NCBI GenBank assembly: GCA_051362555.1
Contig: CM120640.1
Location: 49,640,788-49,704,787, forward strand
Length of the DNA stretch: 64,000 nt
Source: Lingula anatina
Taxonomy: Eukaryota > Animalia > Brachiopoda
Direction of reading: 5' to 3'
Part shown: positions 39,565-52,400 of the stretch, one piece after another
How the letters are laid out: each line of letters begins with the position of its first letter
How positions within the stretch are numbered: position 1 is the stretch's first letter
The notes under the pieces: generated by a model
What the model saw: only the letters and a program-made list of their open reading frames with translations
Told to the model about the DNA's origin: nothing
The model's database searches: none
Translations under genes and position numbers: made by a program

Positions 39565-40147
39565 CTTTGCCAAAAAAAAGTTCAGGTTTTCTTTCCGGAC
39601 CCCACTAGCATCCCTGGATTAGATCGATCCAACTAGATCGGCCTAACTCCCTGGGGGTTCACATTAAATAGCTGTCAGCCAAGCGGACACGAAAGTTAAT
39701 TACCCCCTTACAGCTTGTAGTAGGCGGGACGGACTTTTAAGCCAGATTATCAGACAGTAATCTAGTGAGACTCCCCATAGGGATAGATCGATCTAAAATC
39801 TATGGGAATGTGCCCTTAATTATTAAGTGTGGCTGAATTGTAATCAGTTCTAGGCATTTCAAAAATGTGCTCAACTGCAGAAAGATGCACATATGTACAA
39901 AGCATAAAAAATATGAAGCAAATATGAAAAGAAAGAAACAATTTTGGTATCTTCATTTAAGAAATTTGTGAAGAACAGCAGTGAAGCTATTGCAGCCCTG
40001 AACAAGCGTCGAGATGGTGGTGGTGAAGACGTGACAGATGGAGGCGTGCCAGCCCGTGAGTCTACACCTCTGCGTGGGGAACAACCATCTCCTGGGGGAA
40101 AGGCAGATGTGACAGACGATCAGCAGCAAGAGACTGCAAGGATTTAG
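26773..40147 (+). CDS. SLC44A1: Choline transporter-like protein 1 (SLC44 family)
   Basis: Exons: 26773-26808, 31320-31424, [31769-31911 or 31985-32127], 33141-33359, 33860-34026, 34224-34313, 34550-34695, 34895-35081, 35370-35538, 35819-35959, 36119-36234, 36417-36583, [37265-37357 or 37710-37802], 38504-38602, 39962-40147; phases consistent. Motifs [108 protein letters not shown]. Confidence 0.93.
28231..30387. mobile_element. Decayed THAP-domain DNA transposon (ISL2EU / PIF-Harbinger group) in an SLC44A1 intron
   Basis: ~25-bp TIRs TAGCCTTTTTCATCTTTTCCGGAAA / TTTCCGCAAAAGATGAAAAAGGTTA, flanked by AT on both sides; THAP remnant on + and a convergent ORF remnant (30097-30297) on -. Confidence 0.75.
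28321..28800 (+). pseudogene. Disrupted THAP-transposase N-terminus
   Basis: MAGFTC...[16 protein letters not shown]...*KIW...GHRVCAEHF (THAP C2CH pattern with F..FP, W and CxxHF) and a downstream FYTG motif at ~28730; contains in-frame stops and frameshifts. Confidence 0.7.
31769..31911 (+). CDS. SLC44A1: SLC44A1 alternative exon 3a (143 nt)
   Basis: CCAG|...|GTAAGC; encodes [47 protein letters not shown](K). Confidence 0.8.
31985..32127 (+). CDS. SLC44A1: SLC44A1 alternative exon 3b (143 nt)
   Basis: GCAG|...|GTACGT; encodes [47 protein letters not shown](K). Confidence 0.88.
37265..37357 (+). CDS. SLC44A1: SLC44A1 alternative exon 13a (93 nt)
   Basis: GTAG|...|GTGAGT; encodes [31 protein letters not shown]. 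Confidence 0.85.
37710..37802 (+). CDS. SLC44A1: SLC44A1 alternative exon 13b (93 nt)
   Basis: TCAG|...|GTAAGT; encodes [31 protein letters not shown]. Confidence 0.85.
38769..39815. mobile_element. MITE family B copy split by a nested insertion
   Basis: Termini (A)GACCCCATTCCCA ... TGGGAATGTGCCC with TTA flanks; the 3' part is homologous to 13708-13925. Confidence 0.7.
38791..39616. mobile_element. Non-autonomous DNA transposon with CAGGG termini (hAT- or P-like), nested in MITE B
   Basis: Perfect 13-bp TIRs CAGGGATGCTAGT/ACTAGCATCCCTG; 7-bp direct repeat GATTAGA at 38784-38790 and 39617-39623; long poly-C tract near the right end. Confidence 0.85.
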
Positions 40148-43021
40148 TTATCTTGCCAGACATCTTACAGAAATTGAAATAAAAAAGGTTCTTCAGTAGC
40201 AAAACGTGTAACTAACATATCTATGTCCAGTGGAGTGTAGCTGCTACCAGAATGTCTGAGATCACAAATGGATTTTTTAGTGGTAATGTGGATTTTATTC
40301 TACGGCAGCTGATATGAAATAAATATGACACCCTTTGTAGTAGAAGTAGCAAATATAAAGGAACTGAACAAGGTTTTGCTAATATATTTTGCATTTTTAC
40401 GTGTGTACCAGATGCCAAGTGTCAGTCAGATATAATTGAACTATCTGTTGTCTGTGACTAGTTTATAATATATTTGATCTACTATCTTATTAAAGCATGA
40501 AGTCACCTCAAAATATCCTTTAAATGAATATTGACTTAAGATCTGAGTTTAAATGCTATAATAGTTTTCATTTTATTTAATTTCATGTATTTTCATACTC
40601 AAATACATATGACTTGATAATTTTTGTTATCTTGTTGTTCAGATGCATAAGTGCTTTTGACAGAATTTGGGTTGGATGTGGATGAAAAAGATTGCAAAAC
40701 CAAGTACATTGATAGTCTTCCTCGGTATGATAATAAACAGATTTTGTACAGATAAAGGTTTTACAGTAAATTAAATAAATAAGCAATATTTTTTGGGCAT
40801 ATTAATATAGGGATTTTGCTTAATACTCCCTACTATTGAATCTCATTAGATATGGCAAGAAAAACCAATATAAATGTTGGCATAACGTGGCTGACATGTT
40901 CAGTAAGCTTTACAATTTTGTTTACTTGATTCAGTGGGATTATTCAATAACCAGTTATGTAGCGAAAAACCAATTTGAACATGGTCATAAGTGATGCTAG
41001 TCTGCTTTTATTTGCCAGTTGTATTGGTGCCTCTTCTATCAAAAAAGCACAAAATGCATTTTGTACATAAACAAGGCCCTTGACAATTCTCACATTAATA
41101 AAAAGGATCCCCTTGATGGCAGTTGGCCAGTTTATGTAAATGTAATCATGTAGGTATGCTTGTTATCAAATGAAAATATTTTGTTCCCCAAATGCAATAA
41201 ATGCAAATTAATACTTTTTGACACATTGCCTGCACACAAAATATTGAAATTTGTGTAATTTGAATGAAATTGTAGGCTGTTAAATATAAAAAACATGTAA
41301 AATCTAATTTTTATCTTTTACAAAAAATATTTTTCAAAAATTTAATAGTTTCTTAGCTTGCTTACAAAATGTACATTTTTTAAAATTTGTAAATTATAAT
41401 TACTGTTATATAATGAATGTGATGGTTTGTATGTGGAAAGTACTGTATCATGATATTAAACAAGTTTTGTAATGTTTGCTTATAGTGGAAACGTAAATTG
41501 TAATAAGCCATCATTGTAGGATTTTTTTTTTAGTTCCAATATGTTGCTATTCTAACTGCTGGACATATCACTTAATATGATATTCATTTGTCCATTCAGT
41601 AACATCATGGTGAAATTTTCTGCAAGGATTGTCAATTTATAGATTTTTAGAATTTAAAATTATTTAGAAAACATACCATTAGCGCATTGTACCACATTGC
41701 ACACATTTCAGTTTATTTGGTTTAACAATCACTTAGCAGCAGCTATGTAGGACATCAGGGCTTTTTATTTCAGAAATAAAGAATGTATGTCAATCACTTT
41801 TTTATTGCAATTCCTTAAAATGGCCACTTTTCTAAGTTGCTCAAATCGGTGCTAAACCAAATGACCTCTAGACCTGTAAATTTGATAATTATAAATTTCT
41901 GTTTTCCTTTATTGTGTATACGCAGAGTATATTAAATGTTTTTTATGCAATATTACATAGTTCTGAACAGAATAATTACCACCAATTTTGATTATGTACT
42001 ACAGGTAACTTGTATATTCAACAAATGCAACTAGCATAGGGCTTCAGACCCATGCAATTTAAAATTCTTACAGTGAAAATGCCAATATGTGGTAAATGAA
42101 AATTTCACCACAAAAACTGCATTACTTCAAAAAAAAAAAAAAAAAAAAAGAATCCAATGCTTACAAGGAAAGTCCATACTAACACTAACTACTACAACAG
42201 ATGCAAGCAATGGTTATGTCCAGGCACAATGTCTGTCCAAAAAAAATCAATTTTTAAGACAGAGTTAAATCCATTTACTGGTAACATTATTCAAGACATC
42301 TTTGGTTTCCCTAACAGAATAAAATTAACTATCCTACTTGCTACTACACCAAAGGCAATGAACTATCCATATGTATTCATGAACTGATTTTCATGTCAAG
42401 ATTGAGAAACAACTTGTTTTGGCATACTACTTTTAAGCAACTGTAAGGGAAGACTTCAGCATTGTTCTTATAAAAATAGTCAAAGTTTTCTTATCTATAG
42501 TCATAGGTGAAAACACCAAAGTTGACCATTTCACCTAAATTTTTTCATTACTGTACCCTCTTACCAGGGAAATATTTTCTACATATCATCTATTGTCTTG
42601 CTCCCACAAAGCTGAAATGATGGATAGGACGTCTAACTATTAAATTTAATATAATCCCCTACTCTGCAACCTTTTAATAAAACCAATATAGAAGTACACT
42701 TTTGGTGTAGCCCTGATGCAAATGCCCTGAGATTCAGAGTCCAATGAAGTTAATGTTGTTAATTTGAACACTTCCATCATTTTGACTGCTTATAACAGCT
42801 CTGACCTTTACTGGACCCAATGGGCATCCATCTAGATCAGACTTGCATTATTTACCTATACTTTCCAATATAAGATTGTCAAATGAAAAACAGTAAACAT
42901 GCAAATAACGCCATACCCCCTTGGAGACATTAACATTTAAATTCCTATCACACATACTTATGTATATTGTGCCATTAAAATAGATGCAAAATTAATAGCA
43001 AATGCACAAATACCCAATTTT

Positions 43022-45932
43022 AAACTAGAGGATCAGAGAGGCGATACCGCCTCCGAATATTGTACCACCAGCTGGAGCAAGCGCATTCGTATAGACCCCC
43101 ACATACACAAAATAAGGGACATAGCCACCAGTTTTGTGCTTGACAAGCTGTAAAAATGCAATCAACAAGAATTTTTAAACTATTGCAAAAAATATATATG
43201 GTACAATCAAATTTAAGTTCTTCGTAAGGTAGGTCAAGGGTCAATTTCAAGGTCACAGTAAATTGCCAGTATATGACTTCCTATTCAAGTTCAAGAGTAA
43301 CTATGGACCTATCTCTGTCAAGTTTGAAGTTAAAAGGGAAAGAAATTAGCAGAGTTCAGTTCATGATAAAAAGTAGGTCAAAGGTCAATTTCAAGGTCAC
43401 ATTTAGATTGCCAGTATATGACTTTCTATTCAAGTTCAATAGTAACTATGGACCTATCTCTGCCAGTTTTGGAGATAAAAGGGAAGCAAAATTTGCAAAG
43501 TTCAGTTTATGGTGAAAAGTAGGACAAAGGTCAATTTTAATGTAACATTTATAATGCTAGTATATGACTTCCTATTCAAGTTCAATAGTAACTACGGACC
43601 TATCTCAGCCAGTTTTGGAGATAAAAGGAAAGCAAAATTTGCAAAATTCAGTTTATGGTGTAAAGTAGGTCAAAGGTCAATTTTAAGGTCACATTTAGAT
43701 TGCCAGTATATGACTTCCTTTTCAAGTTCAATAGTAACTATGGACCTATCTCTGCCAGTTTTGGAGATAAAAGGGAAGCAAAATTTGCAAAGTTCAGTTT
43801 ATGGTGAAAAGTAGGTCAAAGGTCAATTTTGAGGTCACATTTAGATTGCCAGTATACGACTTCCTATTCAAGTTCAATAGTAACTACGGACCTATCTCAG
43901 CCAGTTTTGGAGATAAAAGGAAAGCAAAATTTGCAAAATTCAGTTCATGGTGTAAAGTAGGTCAAAGGTCAATTTTAAGGTCACATTTAGATTGCCAGTA
44001 TATGACTTCCTATTCAAGTTCAATAGTAACTATGGACCTATCTCTGCCAGTTTTGGAGATAAAAGGGAAGAAAAATTTGCAAAGTTCAGTTCATGGTGAA
44101 AAGTAGGTCAAAGGTCAATTTCAAGGTCACATTTAGATTGCCAGTATATGACTTCCTATTCAAGTTCAATAGTAACTATGGACCTATCTCTGCCAGTTTT
44201 GGAGATAAAAGGGAAGCAAAATTTGCAAAGTTCAGTTTATGGTGAAAAGTAGGTCAAAGGTCAATTTTAAGGTCACATTTAGATTGCCAGTATATGACTT
44301 CCTATTCAAGTTCAATAGTCACTATGGACCTATCTCTGCCAGAGATAAAAGGGAAGCAAAATTTGCAAAATTCAGTTCATGGTGTAAAGTAGGTTAAAGG
44401 TCAATTTTAAGGTCACATTTAGATTGCCAGTATATGACTTCCTATTCAAGTTCAATAGTAACTATGGACCTATCTCTGCCAGTTTTGGAGATAAAAGGGA
44501 AGCAAATTTTGCAAAGTTCAGTTTATGGTGAAAAGTAGGTCAAAGGTCAATTTTAAGGTCACATTTAGATTGCCAGTATATGACTTCCTATTCAAGTTCA
44601 ATAGTAACTATGGACCTATCTCTGCCAGAGATAAAAGGGAAGAAAAATTTGCAAAATTCAGTTCATGGTGAAAAGTAGGTCAAAGGTCACTTTCAAGGTC
44701 ATAGTAAGATTGCCAGTATATGACTTCCTATTCAACTTCAATAGTAACTATGGACCTATCTCTGCCAGTTTTGGAGATAAAAGGGAAGAAAAATTTGCAA
44801 AGTTCAGTTCATGGTGAAAAGTAGGTCAAAGGTCACTTTCAAGGTCATAGTAAGATTGCCAGTATATGACTTCCTATTCAAGTTCAATAGTAACTATGGA
44901 CCTATCTCTGCCAGTTTTGGAGATATAAGGGACTAAATGTTATAATTTTGGAGTTACCATAATGTGCCTTAAATTTCGTACAGAAAAAATTAATTAAAAT
45001 AAAAAAAATGTCATTTTGGTCAAAATTCTTGAAATAGGAGGTGCTCTGAAGTTTCAGAAGTTCAAATTTGATGAAATAATGTCATTTTTGAACACAAGTT
45101 GTCTGCTTTGCCAAGCCTTATGTTTTATTTTTCCAGAGTTCAAAATTTATTATCCATTACCGTACTGCACATTTTGCTTTTACCACCAATATGCACTTTT
45201 TGATACAGCGTAACTCGAAAACCGTATGGAATACAAAAAAACCGAGACCACCTCCAGTGTTGGGCTTTACATGCTCTACAAAATGCAAAAAAGAATGGGT
45301 CTCTAGCATTAACGGTTCCCGAATTAGAGACAGTTTTCAGTTTCGGTATCTTATGGCCGCTACTCCCGTGAAAATGCACCGATTGACCCCAAATTCATGG
45401 AGATGAAAGATGACCTGAAGGGTAACACCTTCCAATAATATTATTGGTTAAGTCTGTGTGGTGTCTGAATAACAGGGCAAAAAAAATTTTTTTCGTAAAA
45501 AATTTAATTTTTTTGAAAATTTTGGCCCATTTGACCTTGAAGTAAAGGTCAAAGGTCAAATCCAAAGGTATATTTGAAATCTACACATATGACTTTTGGA
45601 AAGCCGTCTATAGAAATTTTTCCCATAACTCCTTCCGTAGGGTAGATAATTAGCATTTAATTTTGCCATTTTTAGACAAGGGTGCATTGCAATGAGTGCC
45701 ACACCCAGACCCCAATACCGACAAAGCCCAAATTTTACGTGGAACGAGTTGAGATTATAGGTGACCTAAATCCATGAGATGGGTACGGGGGCCCTTACCG
45801 TCTAGGAGGAGAAGCGGTAACGGTAGCCGTCCGGCGGAGCCAACGGAGCCGGCGGAGCCGGCGGAGCCGGCGGAACGATCCGGACGGGACCGAAACCATG
45901 TGTACCGCCAGCGCTAACGCTGGTGGTACAAT
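43022..45932 (+). mobile_element. Helentron-associated non-autonomous element (HINE / 'pearl'-like) carrying a satellite array
   Basis: Starts AAACTAGAG in an A/T site; central 146-bp tandem array; GC-rich microsatellite (CCGGCGGAG)x~5 at 45831-45873; 3' hairpin TGTACCGCCAGCG-CTAA-CGCTGGTGGTACA at 45901-45930, followed by ATAA. Confidence 0.7.
43225..44930 (+). repeat. Tandem array of ~12 units of 146 bp (two units are 140 bp)
   Basis: Unit starts at about 43225, 43371, 43517, 43663, 43809, 43955, 44101, 44247, 44387, 44533, 44673, 44819; consensus AAGTAGGTCAAAGGTCAATTTTAAGGTCACATTTAGATTGCCAGTATATGACTTCCTATTCAAGTTCAATAGTAACTATGGACCTATCTCTGCCAGTTTTGGAGATAAAAGGGAAGCAAAATTTGCAAAGTTCAGTTTATGGTGAA. 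Confidence 0.97.
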
Positions 45933-46423
45933 AAATACACTACAAAGAAAATGTGCCAACATTTCCATCACATTTATTCTTACTCTGTGTTTTAAACTTT
46001 CTATCCCACTTACTCTAAACTTAATGATCATGAAAAATCACAACAAAAAACAAATAAGTGAATATTGCCCTGAGAGACATTATCCTTTGAACAAATGCAC
46101 TGCAGTTACAAAATATGTTGAAAATTAAAATCCTTATCAAAAAGAAATAAAATTTCATGCAAATTTCTAAACCATAAAGTTCAAATAAAAAGCCAAAGAA
46201 AGACCTGAAAATGATATTGTGTCAAAATCTAGCTTAACCTTTGTCCTTAAATACAAAAATTAAAACAAAATCAGCAGTAAAAGTGATTTTGAAGCAATAA
46301 ATGAAATTTTAAAAGTTCACAATCCCAGTAATTATATTTCAACAAATTCAGCTTTCTAAAACAAAAATGCAATATGTAAACATATTTGTTGATTAAGTCA
46401 AATGAAGAATAGGTAGTTAATAA

Positions 46424-49400
46424 CTAGGTAGGTAGTTCCTGTAGTGGATCTTCCACTTTGGTAACTGTAAACCTCTCTTCTTTCCCTCTGATGGAAGATT
46501 CTTCTCCACTGACATAATCCTCATGACTAGCAGGACGTGCTGCCCTCTTTTTATGTTGTTTCCTTACTCTTGGCCAATTAAAAGGATAATGTACTGTTAT
46601 ATAATTAACTTTTGGAGAGTAAGAAATAGGAGACCGACAGTGTACATCAGGCATGAAGGAATGGATTGTATGGTGGTATGAATCCTGATCTTCAAAACCT
46701 TCCCCTTGACAATCTTCAGCAATATGATTTGATATTTGACGTGCAACTGTCTGAAACATGGTATAATGATGCAAAGATCAGACCAAGTCTCACATGCTTC
46801 TCTCCCCCAACCCCTTTCCTAAACTTTGGCCCCATTCAGAATGGATGATCTGAGTACTAACTGATCTGCCGACTAAATATGGCCAAACACATCAAAAGAG
46901 ACGGCGCCGATTCTCGATGGTCTCACCGCCTCCACATCATGCACTGTCGCTGCAAGGGCCTAGCAATTTAACCTCAGAGCTGAGATTTTATCCATTTAAT
47001 GGCGGGTGTGGAGGCGGGGAGACCATCGAGAATAAGCGGCATCGCTTTTGAAGTGTGGTCGGCCGTATTTAGTTGGCAGATCAGTAAGTATTCGAATTAT
47101 CTATTCTGAATAGGGCCTTTAAGAACATTCAGAACAAGTTGAGCCATGAAATAACAGATCCGTGGATCAAATATGGCGGACCCACTTAAAAGCAATACAG
47201 ACTAATCACTGATGGTCTGCCCGCCTTCACATGCGCTGTCGCTGCAGGGACCTAGCAATTAAACCTCTGAGCTAATATTTAATCTGCTTAATGGTGCGTG
47301 TCGAGGCAGGGAGACCATTAGGGGATTAGGTAGCTTGCTTTTAAGTGGGGTTGACAGTCGGCAGATCAGTAAGTCTTTGGATCATCAGTTCTGAATGTGA
47401 TCTAAACATCTACCATACTTCTAATAGAACACTGTTTGAATAAGATTAATAGATATCTTTTTTCACAGTTTAAGAAGTGATAAATAAGTACTATATCAAG
47501 GGGGGTTGGGTGGAATTCAGTGAAATAAATGAAGTAATATCCTATTTTCAAATAAAGCTTCTTTTCAACAAAATTTATCAAAATGTTCATATACCCTACT
47601 AGCTGCACGCAAATTCTGGGGAGCCCTGGCAAGGATCTCTGAAAACTCAGCACCATCAGAGACATGCTGTCAAATGAGAAAAATATCATAAATACCAAAA
47701 TGTAGATCATAAATGATAAAATGCACCAGATAAAATACTCAAGTATTTTACACCTGGATTATATTTCATGTAAAATCTTTGATATTAAGAATATTATAAT
47801 GTTACATCTTTTTAAAACTATATTGAGCAGTAAAGGTAAAGTGGTTGTGGATAGAAAATTACAATATAGATGTTTGAGTGTAACAGAATTTCACATATTT
47901 ACTTAACCATTTTTCACATTCAAGCAAGCACGCATCATATTGCTGCATCAACTTTAATCTAATGTAAAGACACTTTCAATGTAATTACATGTAACATCTC
48001 CCTCAGCCTGTGCCGATCTTCAGCCTTTATCTCTTTCTTTAAGTTCTGAAAAATATTTTTCAAAAGCATGACATATTTGAAAACTGTGGGTAAGAATTAT
48101 CAAAAATGAAGCAAAGCAATTAGTTATGCGAGACTCGGATTGAAATGCTTACTGTAGATTTGTAAAAATTAAATATATAGACATTTTATTTAAGAAATAC
48201 AAAAAGTCAACATCTTTAAAAATGCTCTTCCAACATTTAAAGTATATAAGATAGAATCCAACCTGCCACTCCTGGAGAAAGTTTTTAGCTAATCTATTGG
48301 TTGATTCTTCTCCTGGCTTCATGGTTTTGTATGAGTCTCGAGCAACCTGAAAAAAAAAACGATTCACCTGACAAATACATTATAATAATACTTAAGACAA
48401 TCGTAATGACAAAAGTAGTAAAATAACTCATCAAACAGTCTTAAATTTCAAAACCTGATACCATGCAATTCCTAAGATAATTTTTTTTAATTGTAAATTT
48501 TGTTTGCCAAAATTGTAAGGTAAATCAATGCCTTAATTTTCAAAGACTATTGAGCAAATACCTTGATGTCCTTTTTCCAGAAAGCATCAGTTGCTGTAGT
48601 TGCTGCAGTATTCGGAACAACTTCTTTCACCTAAAATTGAAAAACACTGTAATTGTTGTTGTTGTTGATATAAATTTACCCAGGCTTTGCATTTTGACAT
48701 ATATATGTGCAAATTAGATGATCTTACATTAGCTTAAGCAGAAGAAAATTAAAAGAGCAGTGCCCTCATTTCACCCCCCCCCCCCTTTCCTAAAGTCTCC
48801 CTCACCTTCAGTATAGCTATCCCCATGAGAAAAATACACAGTATATTCAGCAGTGTTAACATTAAACTGACAGTTCCTAGTACAATAGCCTCTGAAGCCA
48901 TCCAGCAACTGTAAACTGGCTCATACTCATTATCAAGAAATGGAGGACACTGGAGGTGTGAGTCAGGGCTGGTGATATTGCTCTCCTAATGGTATAAAAC
49001 ACATAATTTATATTAGGAAATTTGCAAATCCAGATATCTTGTTCTTTGGCATCTTAAAATTGCAACAAAAAGTAAACATTGGTCAAAAAATACAACTTAC
49101 TATAAAAAAGTCCTATTAAAAATTCATTGTATATAGAGTCTAAAAAAAATAATTTTTCATATATTTTTTTAAATATGAAATGGAAAAGCATCAAATAACC
49201 ATGCAAAATCAATGTCTTACACTAGCTACTGCAGGTGGGTTTGCAGCACTAACAATGGCATAGGCCCACAGCATGCCCTACAAAAAATTTAAAAGACTCA
49301 CAAATTACGAAAACAAAAACACACTGATTCAGAGCTACAGCTTTTTAATTCTATTCAAAACAAAGGACAGAAAAAAAACTTTTTAGTGTGGATAGATAGA

Positions 49401-52400
49401 AAAAAACAATCCTTATTCTTATAAAGGCCATAGCCTTCCAATAAAGTTTAAACAGGTTATACCAAACACCAGAACAAAACTTTTACAGAACATTTTTCGA
49501 GCAGCTATTTCTCAATCAAGTTTGTACTAAACTAATGGTACATAACAACATAATAGGAAATTTTCAAATAATGCATGAAGAGCATATGCAGAGCAGGTTC
49601 ATAATGTGGTAGAGCATCACACCCATGTCACCTACTGCATTGGTGGCTGGAGGCAGGAGAGAGGCAGAGATGGCTACACCAACCAAGGATCCGGCATTGC
49701 CTCCTAGGACGGAGAGGGCAACCCCCGCACCTGATGGGACAGCAATTAACACACCTGACCACAGACTTCTCACCTGGCCCCTAAAAATACAAACTGTAAT
49801 GTACTCTAAAAACCCTCTGGAAACAATAAATATGCTTAACTGTTTTTAATCACATTAATTATGGCGAAACCGATATATATTTTATCCATTAATGGCACCA
49901 TTAAAATAGTCTCTTAGAGAATTAATCTTGGTGTGAAAAAAGTTAGTGATTAAAGAGAAGTAATATGAATGTCATGGACAAAATAATTAGTTTCAGCTGT
50001 CAACAGCAGACTAAAATATCCCCAAAGATGTTCATGGCTTTTTGTCTGTATCCACTTCAAATTTGGTAAATCCAGCATTTTTTATCTTTTGTGCTATTGT
50101 GTCCCATTCTACTTACTACTATTATAATGCCAGTTGATTTAATATGCATGAAGCAACTTTCAGATGGTTTTAGCCAGTGGTCAACCTGGTCAAACTACGG
50201 CTTACCTCACAGCCATTTCTGGTGTCGGGTACTGAGGCACAGCCCCCCATGTAGGACCCACAACACCTGCTATTATACCCAAAACAAAGCCTACAAGATG
50301 AACAAAACAATATCAATTGACTTATTATTTAAAAATCGAATCAGTTGACATCAATGTTTTTTTTTTTACCAAACTTTGTGTCTCCTAAAAGAATCATGAA
50401 CGAGAACCATTCAATTTCATTTGCATGTTCCAATCCCGGAAAGTACACTTAAACTTTCTACATGAATGAAAGTCCATTACATATTTCTGTATCACTCACC
50501 AGATGCAATGCAAAGGCCTAGTCCAACAAGTTCTGTCTTGATCCCCAAAAGACCTAGGTTTTTATTCTGAACCATCAAACCAAATGTCCCTGCTAGTATA
50601 GGACCCTACAGTCATGATCAGGTGTTATTTTTAAATTTTCAGATCTAGTAATATTTAGCAAAAACAATATACTTTTTTGTTTTTACTAATAGGCAAAATT
50701 AATTATCGCTGTAGTTTTTTACTTCAAACTGGTAAAAATAAATAATTAAGATGGAAGTATGTTAAAGTATACCTTAGGCCTTAAACATTTTTCAGATTAT
50801 TTTACTTCCTTTTTAAAACATAGCATCACTAACCAACATAAAAAAGGAAGGTCTCTACTACAGTAATGATCATTTTTGGTATAGCATTCATTTTGAAAAA
50901 CTAATTAATAATAAAGCACAGTATACATCCTACAATGAAATGCTGTTACAGATATTTTGTATTTACCATAAGAGGAGAGACCAACATACTGGCTACCAGA
51001 ATAACAGAGCTGTTTTCTAATAAGCCAAAGCCTGCAATTATACTAAGATGAGAACATACAATAAACTTGGTGTGAAGCAGGTTAAACAAGTTTGTTATAA
51101 CATGGGTTACAACATGTCATGGGTTACAACTGTTCAGGCCTTTAGTAATCTCTGGGTTGTTATGGAATATCAACCATCATTTCAAAGTCTCCTATTATCC
51201 ACAGCAAAGATGTGTCCCAATAATAAGTAGACAAACATCTTAGCTTTTTAACTATGCAAAATCATAGAAATTGTTTTAATCTAATGCAGTGGATATGCAT
51301 AAGTAAAAAGATGCAATGCAAGGGGGAAAAAAAGATGCCACATGACTTAATCCAGTTTCTAATACTACTGGTCATAACATATCACGCTGCAAGAGTTATC
51401 AACCATTAACAGTATTAATTTACAAAAAAAATGCTTCAGGTAAAACTGTAACTTAATCAAAAGAACTTTATTATAATTACTGAATCATTAACAGAGTTGC
51501 ATGATCACATTACCTGGCAAGTATGATCAGCATAACATAGTCAAAGGTAAGGGCCGCCTGGGCTTTTATTTGTTCTACAACCTGAAATGTAATAGTAGTT
51601 TTAACTTGATAATGGTTATATGCATAATTGGTTGCAGCTTTAAAGATGCAGCTTTTAAGTCAGTGGAAAAACAAATGGACAGATAAAAGATTACAATTCA
51701 GGGTACTTTTGGATGGAAACTGTCTGAAATAATGATGAACAACAATTTTCATTTTTTTCTATTTTCACGAAAAAAATTTATCAGCATGGTCATTACTATT
51801 CACCTGAGCTACTGTTAACCTTGATTTGATAGATTTGAAAAAATTCCCTTCAATGTCTTCTTTTGATCTGAGAAAAAGAAACAACAATAGTTACATTAAT
51901 GAAAATATTCAGTAATTGCACTTCAAACATGCTGGCACAACACTTATCAACAAAATTATAGTGTATTCCCATCATTCTGACACTTAATCCTCAGCTGAAA
52001 AACACCTACTCTCAATCATAAAATACTTAACCTAAGCAAACTAAGTATAAAACAGTACAATAATTGTACCTAAGAAACTACTTAGTAAAAAAATCTATAT
52101 ACACTTACCTTTCAGGAGAACTTTCTTCACTGGAGTATTCTGCATTTTCGTCCAGATGAATGGAAATTGGTATTGCGCTGTAAAATATGTAAACACTTTG
52201 CACATAATCCTCTGATGTATGCATACAATATCTTGTAAAAATTGTATATACATCCTTCTAAATAATCAACAGAAATATAACAACTGTTGGAAATTTTAGA
52301 TTTCAGAAGCCATAAAATACCTGCACTTACCTGATAGAAGACATCTTGATGGTGGATCCCACACCCACATCTTGGAGAGATTTCATGATGGTTTCACATC

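Noticed and set aside
40130-40147. SLC44A1 C-terminus ETARI as a class I PDZ ligand
   Set aside because: The Thr is at position -3, not -2, so it does not fit the S/T-x-hydrophobic consensus.
43225-44930. Regular repeat array as a CRISPR array or as coding repeats (ORFs 43273-44106)
   Set aside because: The units are contiguous 146-bp near-identical monomers with no unique spacers, the context is eukaryotic, and the ORFs arise only because 146 is not a multiple of 3.
46751-46774. ORF-track start MHHYTMFQ for 46424-46774 as an independent gene
   Set aside because: It starts at a TTG just after an in-frame stop; TGTTTCAG at 46751 is a good acceptor, so it is better read as the last DUF389 exon.
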